A DNA stretch of 17,318 nucleotides, from the UHGV virus genome UHGV-0074612, one strand, 5' to 3'. The notes under the pieces were generated by a model that saw only the letters and a list, made by a program, of their open reading frames with translations, had not been told where the DNA came from and made no database searches. The translations under genes were made by a program, and so were the position numbers. The stretch's first letter is position 1. Each line of letters opens with the position of its first letter. Of this stretch, positions 15,884 to 17,318 are shown one piece after another. This stretch comes from a virus.

Positions 15884-16687
15884 AAGGCACATTACAGAAA
15901 TGGAGGTCTGTTCTACCGTTCCTCAAGAGATGGCTATGGTTTTGAGGAAGACTGGGCAGAAGTTTATACCTCGAAAAATCTTCCACCAGAAAGCTACCCA
16001 GTCGGCGCACCAATCCCGTGGCCATCAGATACCGTTCCGTCTGGTTATGCCCTGATGCAGGGGCAGACTTTTGACAAATCTGCATACCCGAAACTTGCAG
16101 CCGCTTATCCGTCAGGCGTGATCCCTGATATGCGTGGCTGGACGATTAAGGGCAAACCTGCCAGTGGTCGCGCCGTATTGTCTCAGGAACAGGACGGCAT
16201 TAAATCGCACACCCACAGCGCCAGCGCATCCAGTACGGATTTGGGGACGAAAACCACATCGTCGTTTGATTACGGAACCAAATCCACGAATAACACCGGG
16301 GCGCATACCCATAGTATTAGCGGGACCGCAAATAGTGCCGGCGCGCACCAACACAAGAGTTCCGGTGCATTTGGTGGCACGAACACGAGCATTTTCCCTA
16401 ATGGTTATACCGCGATTTCAAATCCAAGCGCGGGGATTATGAGCACAACAAGCGGTAGTGGTCAGACTCGTAATGCAGGGAAGACATCATCAGATGGTGC
16501 TCATACCCACTCGCTGTCCGGCACTGCTGCAAGCGCAGGCGCACATGCACATACTGTCGGTATTGGTGCTCATACGCACTCCGTTGCGATTGGCTCACAT
16601 GGACACACCATCACCGTTAACGCTGCGGGTAACGCGGAAAACACCGTCAAAAACATCGCATTTAACTATATTGTGAGGCTTGCATAA
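15884..16687 (+). pseudogene. Side tail fibre (Stf-like) C-terminal region, fused in frame to the J fragment
   Basis: ...[45 protein letters not shown]... with repeated Gly/His boxes ([30 protein letters not shown]) and C-terminus [11 protein letters not shown], typical of lambda Stf and T4 gp37-type fibre tips. Confidence 0.8.
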
Positions 16688-17268
16688 TGGCATTCAGAAT
16701 GAGTGAACAAGCACGGACCATAAAAATTTATAATCTGCTGGCCGGAACTAATGAATTTATTGGTGAAGGTGACGCATATATTCCGCCTCATACAGGTCTG
16801 CCAGCAAACAGTACCGATATTGCACCACCAGATATTCCGGCAGGCTTCGTGGCTGTTTTCAACAGTGATGAGGCATCGTGGCATCTCGTTGAAGACCATC
16901 GGGGGAAAACGGTTTATGACGTAGCGTCAGGGGACGAGTTATTTATTTCTGAACTCGGTCCGTTACCGGAAAATGTTACCTGGTTATCGCCGGGAGGGGA
17001 ATATCAGAAGTGGAACGGCACAGCCTGGGTGAAGGATACGGAAGCAGAAAAACTGTTCCGGATCCGGGAGGCGGAAGAAACAAAAAACAGCCTGATGCAG
17101 ATAGCCAGTGAGCATATAGCGCCGCTTCAGGATGCTGTGGATCTGGAGATCGCAACGGAGGAAGAAACCTTGTTGCTGGAAGCCTGGAAAAAGTATCGGG
17201 TGTTGCTGAACCGTGTTGATACATCAACTGCACCGGATATTGAATGGCCAGTAGCACCTATAGGGTAA
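16687..17268 (+). CDS. tfa: Tail fibre assembly protein Tfa
   Basis: 193-aa [42 protein letters not shown]...; start overlaps the stop of the upstream tail-fibre ORF; lambda Tfa-like length and sequence as I recall. Confidence 0.9.
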   Translation: MAFRMSEQARTIKIYNLLAGTNEFIGEGDAYIPPHTGLPANSTDIAPPDIPAGFVAVFNSDEASWHLVEDHRGKTVYDVASGDELFISELGPLPENVTWLSPGGEYQKWNGTAWVKDTEAEKLFRIREAEETKNSLMQIASEHIAPLQDAVDLEIATEEETLLLEAWKKYRVLLNRVDTSTAPDIEWPVAPIG

Positions 17269-17318
17269 ATTCGTAATGATTACCTAAATACGTTATTCTT
17301 TTGTTAAAAAAGTGATTT

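Noticed and set aside
15026-15892. 288-aa minus-strand ORF, plus other minus and plus shadow ORFs across 14188-16676
   Set aside because: Antisense or out of frame to the J/Stf-derived frame in GC-rich sequence, where long shadow ORFs are expected.
1-17318. Looked for CRISPR repeats, tRNA/rRNA genes, IS elements/transposases and integron attC sites
   Set aside because: No regularly spaced direct repeats, no tRNA-like T-loop/acceptor pattern, no transposase-like ORF or terminal inverted repeats were seen.

Overview
This window is the integrated genome of a defective, mosaic lambdoid prophage, read from its left attachment arm to the tail-fibre assembly gene. All homology calls are made by eye and from memory of phage lambda, phage 21 and DLP12-type prophage proteins; nothing was searched or computed. 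Order of content: lambda-type attL P' arm, int and xis; an early-left accessory block (zinc-ribbon protein, Ea22-like, TraR-like, orf63/orf60a-like); Red recombination genes exo and bet; a 22-codon gam remnant joined directly to a tR2-like terminator, so the whole immunity/replication region (N, cI, cro, O, P) is absent; nin region (ninB, N6-adenine methyltransferase, ninE, rusA, ylcG-like); antiterminator Q; an oppositely oriented OmpC-family porin gene; a phage-21-type lysis cassette (pinholin, SAR endolysin, Rz with embedded Rz1); a cargo region (KilA-N-like protein plus partner, a duplicated hairpin element, and an AT-rich two-gene ylcI/ybcV-like module); a cos site with an apparently variant cosN; then a 38-codon Nu1 stub, an internal terminase A fragment, an internal J fragment fused in frame to a side-tail-fibre C-terminus, and an intact tfa. 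No head genes and no intact tail shaft genes are present, so the element cannot make particles, replicate or be repressor-controlled. I saw no tRNA, rRNA, CRISPR array or transposase. The most interesting candidates for something undescribed are the AT-rich RHH-like/DUF1398-like pair, the KilA-N module with its duplicated downstream hairpin element, a 27-codon hydrophobic ORF coupled to orf63, and the cos region. Caveat: my manual base counting in about 1650-1920 disagreed by one base with the supplied ORF track, so I used track coordinates there; other self-derived coordinates may be off by 1-2 nt.
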